From the NCBI RefSeq assembly GCF_902652985.1, contig NC_047017.1, positions 17,174,001 through 17,238,000 on the forward strand: 64,000 bases of DNA, in the 5' to 3' direction. Source of the stretch: Pecten maximus. Taxonomy: Eukaryota. The translations under genes and the position numbers were made by a program. A model generated the notes under the pieces. That model was not told the DNA's origin and searched no databases. It was given only the letters and a program-made list of their open reading frames with translations. Position 1 is the first letter of the stretch; each line of letters begins with the position of its first letter. Positions 15,316 to 27,700 of the stretch are shown piece by piece.

Positions 15316-15797
15316 AACTAGAAAATCTTTGTGAGACATGCCCCCGCTGCCACTTGACACACTGAAACAGTTTGATGAGGATCGTATCATCAGTTCCTGA
15401 GATTAGCTAGTTGCATGGCATGGGGATGGGACGAGACACGACCCAATGGGGAGGACATGGGTTACTCTATATGCCCCTCCATTTCACGGCGGGGTCATAG
15501 ACATGTGCATGCATCCTCATGATCTATGTAAAAGAAAACGTAGGTAGCTCGCTTCAACAGATCAAGCCCCTTCAACAGATTACCTACAAATGCGTCATCT
15601 TATGTAAAACTAGAAAATGTCTGTAAGACATAAATGCCCCCACTGCCACTTGACACCTTGAAACTTAGCAGTTCCTAAGATTAGCTAATTACATATTGCA
15701 TCTATACGGGACGCGATATGCGACAGGACGCAACAGACATGGGTAACACTATATGCCCCCCCCCCTCCTCCCCCCCCATTTCATGGCGGGGGCATTA
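15316..15797 (-). mobile_element. Two short related HINE-like elements (15316-15499 and 15608-15797)
   Basis: Both begin aactagaaaat..gacat..gccccc.ctgccacttgacac and end tatatgcccc..catttca.ggcgggg.cat, with internal gacg/ggac microsatellite remnants. Confidence 0.55.
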
Positions 15798-17092
15798 TAT
15801 TTATATCGCCTGCAGGGTATATATATGCAGGAACCTAAATCAGTGTATGTTTATATTTATATGCAGATTGATGGCCTTTGTTCACTGTGTATATATTTTA
15901 TCAGGACATATCGGTTGGACTTGCCCACCTTTGTGACATCTGAGTGTCTCATGGGTAGAAGGTTGTGACATATATATATATATATGTATTGATGTATCTC
16001 CTACCTCATGTGTTTGTCGCCTTGTCTGGTCATATCCGATATACTGTCATCTACAGTTGTCAGGATTTATATGCAGTCATTATTGCCAACACCTCTTGGG
16101 ACAGAGGGTGTCACATATTAAAAATGGTTCTAAGGCACACCAGCTATACTCTCAGTTATGTCCCTTTGTTCATATTTTATTCCACAGATTGAACCAAGAT
16201 TTTATGATTATTGAAGAGTCATTGTTGACATTATTTATCAGATTAAAAAAAAAAATGATCATGCATGCTTATGATTTACTCCTTAAATATTTATGTATAT
16301 ATTATTACTGTTAAATATCCACTTTACTAGAATTAAAATGGGTCAAATGTCAAGTTTTCACAATTGTCACTTCATTATAATTCCATGTCTGTGGGTGGTA
16401 GATTATCCTTTGTACTTTCTCCTTACCTTTACAGCTAGCTTTTATGAAACAGGCTATACATAATCAATACCCTGAACTTGTGATTTGTTTTTAGTTTTGG
16501 AAAAGGTTATGATGGGTAGAATATATTCCTCTATAGCTTCCCTGTACTTGCAGAAGAGCTATTAATTACCCTTGGTATCCTTGACCAGATCTGGACTAAA
16601 TGATAGGGTCAAATGTAACAAATGATGATGATTTATTTTCAAATTGGGGGAAAAAATCTTATGTTTCAAAAATATTAAAATGAGTTTGATTTGGTTAACA
16701 TTATTATCATATGTGTGGTTGTGTTTTCTTGAGTTATTGCTGTTTATTTTCTTCAGAATTTTAATCTTGTCTGGAGATTTCTTCCCACAATTTTGATTGC
16801 AGGACAGCATGCAAATTTGTAAATCTGTTTGAATTCTACAAATATATAGTGGTCAACACTACAACAGATTTCGGGAGACCTTGAAAAACATTTCACCATT
16901 TCCAGAATTTTTTAGTCCTAAATGCAATGTATTTGCATTTACAGAATTTTTAAGTCCTAAATGCAATGTATTTGCATTTAAATGACATCAAGAAAATACT
17001 GAAATAACATGCATTCCAAGCATTTTTAATTCTATACCAATATATACTTCTACAATTAAGGTGGAATTTACTTGGGGATCTGGTCGTCGCAA

Positions 17093-18530
17093 TTTTTAGG
17101 TCATCTGACCCGAAGGGTCAGGATGACCTATAGTCATCATGTTTCGTCCGTCGTCGTGCGCCGTCCCCCGTTCGCCGTCCGCCGTGCGTAAACTTTTCAC
17201 ATTTCAAACTTCTTCTCAAGTTCCACCAGTGGGATTGAGCTGAAACTTGCCTGAAATGATGCTGGGATGGTCCCGACCAAGTGTTGTTATTTTTTGGGTC
17301 AGTCTGAAATCCAAGATGGCCGCCACAGCCGCCATTTTGAAAACACATTTGAAACTTCTTCTCAAGTTCCACCAGTGCTATTGAGCTGAAACTTGCCTGA
17401 AATGATCCTGAGATGATCCCGACCAAGTGTTGTTATTTTTCAGGTCGGTCAGATATTCAAGATGGCCGCCATGGCAACCATCTTGAAAAACACATTTTAA
17501 ACTTCTTCTCCAGTTCCACTGGTGCGATTGAGCTGGAAGTTGGTGAGGATATTAAGGAGGGAGAGTCAACAAAGTGTTGTTATTTTTTGGCTTTGTAAAA
17601 ACTTTGACATGGCAGCCACTTCGGCCATTTTGTAACATGATTGCGCAATCATGGTTCTTCTGAACTACACCTATTTGAAACTTCTTCTCAAATTCCGCCA
17701 ATGGGATTCAGTTCTTACTTACCAAAAATGATCCTGAGATGGTCCTGACCAAGAGTTGTTATTTTTCAGGTCAGTCAGTAATCCAAGATGGCCGCCATGG
17801 CAACCATCTTGAAAAACACATTTTAAACTTTTTCTCCAGTTCCAATGGTGCAATTGAGCTGGAAACTGGTGAGGATGTTAAGGAAAGATAGTCACCAAAG
17901 TGTTGTTATTTTTTGGCTTTGTAAAAACTGACATGGCAGCCATGTCGGCCATTTTGTAACATGATTGCGCAATCATGGTTCTTCTGAACAACACCTATTT
18001 GAAACTTCTTCTCAAATTCCGCCGATGGGATTCAGTTCTTACTTACCAAAAATGATCCTGAGATGGTCCTGACCAAGTGTTGTTATTTTTCAGGTCAGTC
18101 AGTAATCCAAGATGGCCGCCATGGCAACCATCTTGAAAAACACATTTTAAACTTTTTCTCCAGTTCCACTGGTGCGATTGAGCTTGAAATTGGTGAGGAT
18201 GTTAAGGAAGCAGAGCCAACAAAGTGTTGTTATTTTTTTGCCTCTGCCACGGCAGCCAATTTTGTAACATGATTGCGCAATCATGGTTTTCCTGAACAAC
18301 ACCTATTTCAAACTTTTTTTCAAATTCCACCAGTGGGATTCAGCTCTTACTTACCAGAAATGATCCTGAGATAGTCTTGATCAAGTGCTATTTTTCGTGT
18401 TTATCCAAATTCCAAAATGGCCATCATAGCCAACAGTGCCACTATACCTGCTACAGAGAATACATACTACAATAGTATAATGTTCTTTAATTTAGAGTCA
18501 GATGACCGTTAAGGCCCTTGGGCCTCTTGT
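17093..18530 (+). mobile_element. Helentron-associated non-autonomous element (HINE/DINE-1/pearl-like) with internal tandem repeats
   Basis: T-run start; subTIR ggtcatctgac (17099) / gtcagatgacc (18497); 5' hairpin; (cgtc)n microsatellite; ~147/~177-bp alternating core repeats; 3' palindrome aggcccttgggcct. Confidence 0.88.
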
Positions 18531-18913
18531 AATTTACATCATCACTTGCATCATTGCTACTGATGCTGTTTAATGAATATGATCTCTTCATTGTTAAAAT
18601 ATTCCGATGTATTTTAAGAGCTAACTGTATTTTTCTTTGATTTATCCAATAGTTGTAATTCGAGGAAAACTACATTTATGATAAAAGGCATTTTAAGTAC
18701 CTGGATACTGGTATGTCCTTCAGCTTCTCTAATAACAGCTAGAGTCAATAACATTCAAGGTGATATCAATAAAAATTTACTTCCTTCACAGGTCTGGAAT
18801 TCAATTTGTGTAAATTCAATTTTCCAATTTTGAGTGTAAATCATGAAAATTTAAGTATGTGAAAACGACATGCTCTACATCAACATATACTGAATGCCCA
18901 TGAAACCTAAAAC

Positions 18914-21053
18914 ATGTAACCTATACTGGATACCCTATACCTCCTGTAACAACCTACAACCCTAGTAAATACCCTATATATATTATGTAACCTATACTGG
19001 ATACCCTATACCTCCTCTAACACCCCACATCCCTAGTAAATACCCTATATATATTATGTAACCTATACTGGATACCCTATACCTCCTGTAACACCCTACA
19101 ACCCTAGTAAATACCCTATATATATTTTGTAACCTATACTGGATAGCCTATACCTCCTGTAACACCCTATCAACCCTAGTAAATACCCTATATATATTTT
19201 GTAACCTATACTGGATACTCTATACCTCCTGTAACACCCTATCAACCCTAGTAAATACCCTATATATATTTTAAACTTATATAATGTAACCTGTGGATAC
19301 CCTATACCTCCTGTAACACCCTACAACCCTAGTAAATACCCTATATATATTATGTAACCTATACTGGATATCCTATACCTCCTCTAACACCCCACATCCC
19401 TAGTAAATACCCTATATATATTTTAAGCTTATATTATGTAACCTATACTGGATACCCTATACCTCCTCTAACACCCCACAACCCTAGTAAATACCCTATA
19501 TATATCTTAAACTTATATTATGTAACCTATACTGGATACCCTATACCTCCTCTAACACCCTACAACCCTAGTAAATACCCTATATATATTATGTAACCTG
19601 TGGATTCCCTATACCTCCTGTAACACCCTACAACCCTAGTAAATACCCTATATATATTATGTAACCTATACTGGATATCCTATACCTCCTCTAACACCCC
19701 ACATCCCTAGTAAATACCCTATATATATTTTAAGCTTATATTATGTAACCTATACTGGATACCCTATACCTCCTCTAACACCCCACAACCCTAGTAAATA
19801 CCCTATATATATCTTAAACTTATATTATGTAACCTATACTGGATACCCTATACCTCCTCTAACACCCTACAACCCTAGTAAATACCCTATATATATTATG
19901 TAACCTATACTGGATACCCTATACCTCCTCTAACACCCCACAACCCTAGTAAATACCCTATATATATTTTTAACTTATTATGTAACCTGTGGATACCCTA
20001 TACCTCCTGTAACACCCTACAACCCTAGTAAATACCCTATATATATTATGCAACCTATACTGGATACCCTATACCTCCTCTAACACCCCACAACCCTAGT
20101 AAATACCCTATATATATTTTAAGGTTATATTATGTAACCTGTGGATACCCTATACCTCCTGTAACATCCTACAACCCTAGTAAATACCCTATATATATTA
20201 TGCAACCTATACTGGATACCCTATACCTCCTCTAACACCCCACAACCCTAGTAAATACCCTATATATATTTTAAGGTTATATTATGTAACCTATACTGGA
20301 TACCCTATACCTCCTCTAACACTCTACAACCCTAGTAAATACCCTATAGATATATCTTAAACTTATATTATGTAACCTGTGGATACCCTATACCTCCTGT
20401 AACATCCTACAACCCTAGTAAATACCCTATATATATTATGTAACCTATACTGGATACCCTATACCTCCTCTAACACCCCACAACCCTAGTAAATACCCTA
20501 TATATATTTTAAACTTATTATGTAACCTGTGGATGCCCTATACCTCCTGTAACACCCTACAACCCTAGTAAATACCCTATATATATTATGTAACCTATAC
20601 TGGATACTCTATACCTCCTGTAACACCCTACAACCCTAGTAAATACCCTATATATATTATGTAACCTATACTGGATACCCTATACCTCCTGTAACACCCC
20701 ACAACCCTAGTAAATACCCTATATATATTATGTAACCTATACTGGATACCCTATACCTCCTCTAACACCCCACAACCCTAATAAATACCCTATATATATA
20801 TTTTAAACTTATATTATGTAACCTGTGGATACCCTATACCTCCTGTAACACCCTACAACCCTAGTAAATACCCTATATATATTATGTAACCTATACTGGA
20901 TACCCTATACCTCCTCTAACACCCCACAACCCTAGTAAATACCCTATATATATATATCTTAAACTTATATTATGTTACTTATACTGGATACCCTATACCT
21001 CCTCTAACACCCCACAACCCTAGTAAATACCCTATATATATATTATGTAACCT
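18914..21053. repeat. Minisatellite, ~71-bp unit (68-86-bp variants), ~28 copies
   Basis: atgtaacctatactggataccctatacctcctgtaacaccctacaaccctagtaaataccctatatatatt. Confidence 0.97.
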
Positions 21054-23483
21054 AAACTAGACATTCTTTTCACACTAGATACCCTGTACTTCGTACTGAA
21101 CCACCTTGGTCTCCCCAGCATTGTGTTACGCCTTCTGCTTTTTCATAATATGGTACACTCCAGACAGTGTTACACTTAACAGCACTACAGTTTACATTGC
21201 TACCACAAGCACTTCTGCGTAGGTTATTTTAACCGCAAAACATTATATATATATTTTTACAGCCTTGACGCTATGCCATTTAATGTTTACGGTAATAGTA
21301 AGTTACGACTATAGTGATGACGTTTGATTGTGACATGGGTACAAATTGCTAGGACTTGTTTGTGACGCTGTGCGATGAATGAACACGTATAATTAGGTTG
21401 TGTGATGACGTTTGGTCCTGATAAAGGTACCGCGCGACTCTGTGACGTGAGCGGTGAAGCTGTATGATAACCATTCTGACATTTCCCTAACTGTCTGAGG
21501 AGACACAAACGATGCTGAGCCAAATTCCTATTAAATTGATAGGTTGTTCCACACCTTAACACTATATACCTTGTTAGGTTCCAGGCTATAATTAAACATC
21601 TGCTTATGTTATACAATTTCTGAGCAGGATTTTTTGATTCCTTCACTTGGGTACATAATGACGTCATTCCGCTAGTTGCCTCAGGAAGGACCATTCTGTT
21701 TGTAGTTGTACGGATTCCCTATTCTGCATGTGTGTATGGCTTTCAGTGATTGATTTTCGGTGAGGTATATATATATATATATATAGACACTGGCTACGTC
21801 TCCCTATCTCCATACTGTTAGATACAACACGACACTTGAGAGATACCTGTGCTCGCTGAAGATATTGATGTTTAAGACAGTACAGCTTCTGTTTGCTATA
21901 GACTGTGTTGTTCTGTCAAATGCAATGACATTTTACTGGATTTGTCTCCCTTGATGTGTGAATTCTTATGCTGCAACATTGACATGTTTCCAGGTAAAAT
22001 TTGATATATTAATTATTGAGCTGATGTGTTGAAACTTATTCAGTGTGCAGAGTCATCCCTGTCTATAAAGACCACATAAGACAACGGACAAAAATGGCCT
22101 TTATAGACAGGTTGGAAAATCTTCCAAAACTAGAAACTGTATATACAGAATCTACATGTAATATCTTGCTTCGTATTCTTTTGAAGATTTTGTTTGTTTT
22201 TTGTTTGTTTTTGTTTTAAACAACTTAGTTGAATGTTATTCCATCAGTGCAGACATAGAAAATGTGGAAGGCATTTTAAGCTCACCTATTCAAAGAATTT
22301 ACCCTAGCATTGATGTCAGCATGTTGCCAGGTTATCTTCAAGTATTGAAGTGCTCCAGTAATTTTATGACATCTTTTGGGACTTAAACTTTTGTTTGGTT
22401 AAACTTTTGTTTGGTTAAGTTTTGCTGTAAGTTTTTAATGCTCATATTAAATGACTAGATATGTATACTCAGATGTGGACATTGTTATAAAGGTACTTTT
22501 AAATTTTAATAAATTTTAATAATTTTTAATTGATTTTTAATAACTTTTTGAACTTCATCAGGAATACAGTGTGTTTTCAGTGGATGTGAATCTTTGAATA
22601 TTAATTGGTATTTGTATGAAATTGTAAGATATGTCCTCTTTTATTTCTTAATTTTGAATATCGTTTATAAAATCAATACATGTACTTTGAAAGAAAAAAA
22701 AAGAGAATAATTATCAATTTGAGATAATTTAGGCCTTTTTGTCTATCCATACATTCATAAAAATCCATTCTATTTTCTCAAGCAAGACCAATATCAAATA
22801 CTGTTTTAAACATTTTGCAATGAAATACTGCAATCATTAAGGCCCAGTGTAGTGAGTACCCTGTAGTAATTATAGTGTCCACCCATTCTCCCATCTCTCT
22901 GTCTGTACATTAGCAATTTTGTTTCCAGAGTTTTGAAAATCGAGATTACTGTGTTATTTTCTTTACTTACTTTACTTTGTAAGTTTTACGTTTAGATCTG
23001 TTGCTCAAAAAGTTCAAGTCCAACTTTAACCAAACTTTTGGTATATAGTTTGATGACATAGACGACCTCTCAACACAGCATTCATTTACAGAATATCATT
23101 GACTCTGGAAATGGGGGATGTTGGGAATCTGGACTACCAGATATTTATTTATAGTTCAGTTTCTCAAAAAACCTGGAGTATATTTGCATTGTAGTATGGA
23201 CCAAACCCTACAGATTATGTGAATTTTAATTTTTTGCCTTATTTTTTGTTTAAAAAACCTTAGATTTTCAGAAAATAATAGAAGGCTTTATTTCTTTTGT
23301 GATTAACTTAACAAATTACTTTATGGTCAAATTGCAAAATGTGCTGTAATATGTCAGATATTTCTTCTCATTTTCAGGAATAGTGATTTTTTTGGTAAAA
23401 CATATTTGAGTAAATTTCAGTTATTTTACAAAATTTGTTATCTTTTGTTAAATTAATAAAAAAAGATAAAATAAAATAATAAA

Positions 23484-24333
23484 AACAAGGATGGATAGTA
23501 TTGCAACAGCAATACAAAGTCCCCTGCCTGACCCAGGAGTGCAACTATTTATTTCCCATTTTTTAAACTACGTGTTATACTGATCACGTATACCAAATTT
23601 CGTTAAAATCAGAGTAGTACTTTAGGATTGTCCGGACACGCCTCAACCAATGAGAAGCCGGCGGCCATTTTGTAAAATGTTTTTTTTTTCAAAAAGAAAA
23701 ATTGGGATGCACAACTACATGTGATACTGATCATGTATACCAAGTTTTCGTTAAAATCAAAGTAGTACTTTAGGAGGAGTTGTCCGGACAAGTCTCAACC
23801 AATGAGAAGTTGGTGGCCATTTTGAAAATTGGTTTTTCGGAAAAAAAATGTAGGATGCACAACTTCATGTTATACTGATCATGAATACCAAATTTCGTTA
23901 AAATCGGAGTAGTACTTTAGGAGGAGTTGTCCGGACAAGCCTCAACCAATGAGAAGCTGGCAGCCATTTTGAAAAATGAATTTTGAGAAAAAAAAATGTG
24001 GGATGCACAACTACATGTTATACTGATCATGTATACCAAGTTTCGTTAAAATCGGAGTAGTACTTGAGGAGGAGTTGTCCGGACAAGTCTCAACCAATGA
24101 GAAGTCGGCAGCCATTTTGAAAATTGGTTTTTGGAAAAAAAAAATGTGGGATGCACAACTACATGTTATACTGATCATGTATACCAAGTTTCATTAAAAT
24201 CGGAGTAGTACTTTTGAAGGAGTTGTCCGGACAACTATTGCATGACAGACAGACAGACAGACAGACGGACGGACGGACGGACGGAGGGTAAACCTATAGT
24301 CCCCCCGTTTTTCAAACGGCAGGGGACTAATAA
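23484..24333 (-). mobile_element. HINE-like element with ~5 x ~149-bp core repeats
   Basis: subTIR agtcccctgc (23518) / gcaggggact (24319); hairpin gtattgcaacagcaatac; (gaca)n(ggac)n microsatellite; ttgtccggaca recurs every ~149 bp. Confidence 0.87.
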
Positions 24334-24769
24334 ACATCTCTGTAACATATAGAGGGAACTCCCATATACACTATCAATTTATTAATATGGTGGCGGTTTC
24401 TTGGATGTAATTGCAGAAAATTTAGTGAGTTTACGTAATTTGCTTCAAGCTTTCTATGCTGCCGAAGTTGGAGAGGCAAGACATATGATTATATGCATTT
24501 ATTAGCAGTCTACAACAATATATTCTCATTGATGTCCCCAGAGTTCTTAATTCAAACTGGTAATTCTTCAGATAGTACTCCCATTCCCAAACATACAGTG
24601 TGGGGATAAAGAATAGATGTTAATTGAATTTGTTCATGCTATATGGTTGTAGGTAATGTAAGCTGTGGGTCCACAATGTCACAGAACAAGCATGAGGTTG
24701 TTGACCTCAGCACTGCTAGTGCAATGATTTGGCAAAGATAGGAATGTGAGAGAGGTCCACTAAAGGACA

Positions 24770-24774
24770 ATGAG
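24770..24774 (+). CDS. DISP1: Dispatched coding exon 1 (ATG AG; end of a mostly 5'-UTR exon)
   Basis: acaATGAG|GTAAGT is a perfect donor with A at -3. There is an in-frame TAA at 24761. Phase 2 joins the C of exon 2 to give Met-Ser. Confidence 0.75.
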
Positions 24775-27700
24775 GTAAGTCTCAGAACAGTATTTAGTCT
24801 TAAAACATGGTTACAGGCCTGTCCATTGTGGATAATATAGAGCTACTCTGCAATGTGAGGGTACTGGCCCACTGTGTGGTACTACTGTTGTATATTTATA
24901 CATTACAGCTATGTGAGGGTACTGGCCCCACTGTGTGGTACTACTGTTGTATATTTATACATTACAGCTATGTGAGGGTACTGGCCCCACTGTGTGGTAC
25001 TACTGTTGTATATTTATACATTACAGCTATGTGAGGGTACTGCCCCACTGTGTGGTACTACTGTTGTATATTTATACAGCTATGTGAGGGTACTGACCCC
25101 ACTGTGTGGTACTACTGTTGTATATTTATACATTACAGCTATGTGAGGGTACTGGCCAACTGTGTGGTACTACTGTTGTATATTTATACATTACAGCTAT
25201 GTGAGGGTACTGGCCCACTGTGTGGTACTACTGTTGTATATTTATACAGCTATGTGAGGGTACTGGCCCACTGTGTGGTACTACTGTTGTATATTTATAC
25301 AGCTATGTTAGGGTACTGGCCCCACTGTGTGGTACTACTGTTGTATATTTATACATTACAGCTATGTGAGGGTACTGGCCCAAGGTGTGGTACTACTGTT
25401 GTATATTTATACATTACAGCTATGTGAGGGTACTGGCCCCACTGTGTGGTACTACTGTTTTATATTTATATATTACAGCTATGTGAGGGTACTGGCCCCA
25501 CTGTGTGGTACTACTGTTTTATATTTATATATTACAGCTATGTGAGGGTACTGGCCCACTGTGTGGTACTACTGTTTTATATTTATATATTACAGCTATG
25601 TGAGGGTACTGGCCCCCACTGTGTGGTACTACTGTTGTATATTTATACATTACAGCTATGTGAGGGTACTGGCCCACTGTGTGGTACTACTGTTGTATAT
25701 TTATACAGCTATGTGAGGGTACTGGCCCACTGTGTGGTACTACTGTTGTATATTTATACATTACAGCTATGTGAGGGTACTGGCCCCACTGTGTGGTATT
25801 ACTGTTGTATATTTATACAGCTATGTGAGGGTACTGGCCCACTGTGTGGTACTACTGTTGTATATTGATACATTACAGCTATGTGAGGGTACTGACCCAC
25901 TGTGTGGTACTACTGTTGTATATTTATATATTACAGCTATGTGAGGGTACTGGCCCCACTGTGTGGTACTACTGTTGTATATTTATATATTACAGCTATG
26001 TGAGGGTACTGGCCCCACTGTGTGGTACTACTGTTGTATATTTATACAGCTATGTAAGGGTACTGGTCCCACTGTGTGGTACTACTGTTGTATATTTATA
26101 CATTACAGCTATGTGAGGGTACTGGCCCCACTGTGTGGTATTACTGTTGTATATTTATACAGCTATGTGAGGGTACTGGCCCACTGTGTGGTACTACTGT
26201 TGTATATTTATACATTACAGCTATGTGAGGGTACTGGCCCACTGTGTGGTACTACTGTTGTATATTTATACATTACAGCTATGTGAGGGTACTGACCCCA
26301 CTGTGTGGTACTACTGTTGTATATTTATACATTACAGCTATGTGAGGGTACTGACCCCACTGTGTGGTACTACTGTTGTATATTTATACATTACAGCTAT
26401 GTGAGGGTACTGACCCCACTGTGTGGTACTACTGTTGTATATTTATACAGCTATGTGAGGGTACTGGCCCACTGTGTGGTACTACTGTTGTATATTTATA
26501 CATTACAGCTATGTGAGGGTACTGACCCACTGTGTGGTACTACTGTTGTATATTTATACAGCTATGTGAGGGTACTGACCCCACTGTGTGGTACTACTGT
26601 TGTATATTTATACAGCTATGTGAGGGTACTGGCCCCACTGTGTGGTACTACTGTTGTATATTTATATATTACAGCTATGTGAGGGTACTGGCCCCCACTG
26701 TGTGGTACTACTGTTGTATATTTATACATTACAGCTATGTGAGGGTACTGGCCCACTGTGTGGTACTACTGTTGTATATTTATATATTACAGCTATGTGA
26801 GGGTACTGGCCCACTGTGTGGTACTACTGTTGTATATTTATATATTACAGCTATGTGAGGGTACTGGCCCACTGTGTGGTACTACTGTTGTATATTTATA
26901 CATTATAGCTATGTGAGGGTACTGACCCCACTGTGTGGTACTACTGTTGTATATTTATACATTACAGCTATGTGAGGGTACTGACCCCACTGTGTGGTAC
27001 TACTGTTGTATATTTATACATTACAGCTATGTGAGGGTACTGGCCCACTGTGTGGTACTACTGTTGTATATTTATACATTATAGCTATGTGAGGGTACTG
27101 GCCCCACTGTGTGGTACTACTGTTGTATATTTATACATTACAGCTATGTGAGGGTACTGACCCACTGTGTGGTACTACTGTTGTATATTTATACATTATA
27201 GCTATGTGAGGGTACTGGCCCCACTGTGTGGTACTACTGTTGTATATTTATACATTACAACTATGTGAGGGTACGGGCCCACTGTGTGGTACTACTGTTG
27301 TATATTGATACAGCTATGTGAGGGTACTGACCCCACTGTGTGATACTACTGTTGTATATTTATACATTACAGCTATGTGAGGGTACTGGCCCCACTGTGT
27401 GGTACTACTGTTGTATATTTATACAGCTATGTGAGGGTACTGAACCCACTGTGTGATACTACTGTTGTATATTTATACATTACAGCTATGTGAGGGTACT
27501 GACCCACTGTGTGGTACTACTGTTGTATATTTATACATTACAGCTATGTGAGGGTACTGACCCCACTGTGTGGTACTACTGTTGTATATTTATACATTAC
27601 AGCTGTGTGAGGGTACTGGCCCCACTGTGTGGTACTACTGTTGTATATTTATACAGCTATGTGAGGGTACTGGCCCCACTGTGTGGTACTACTGTTGTAT

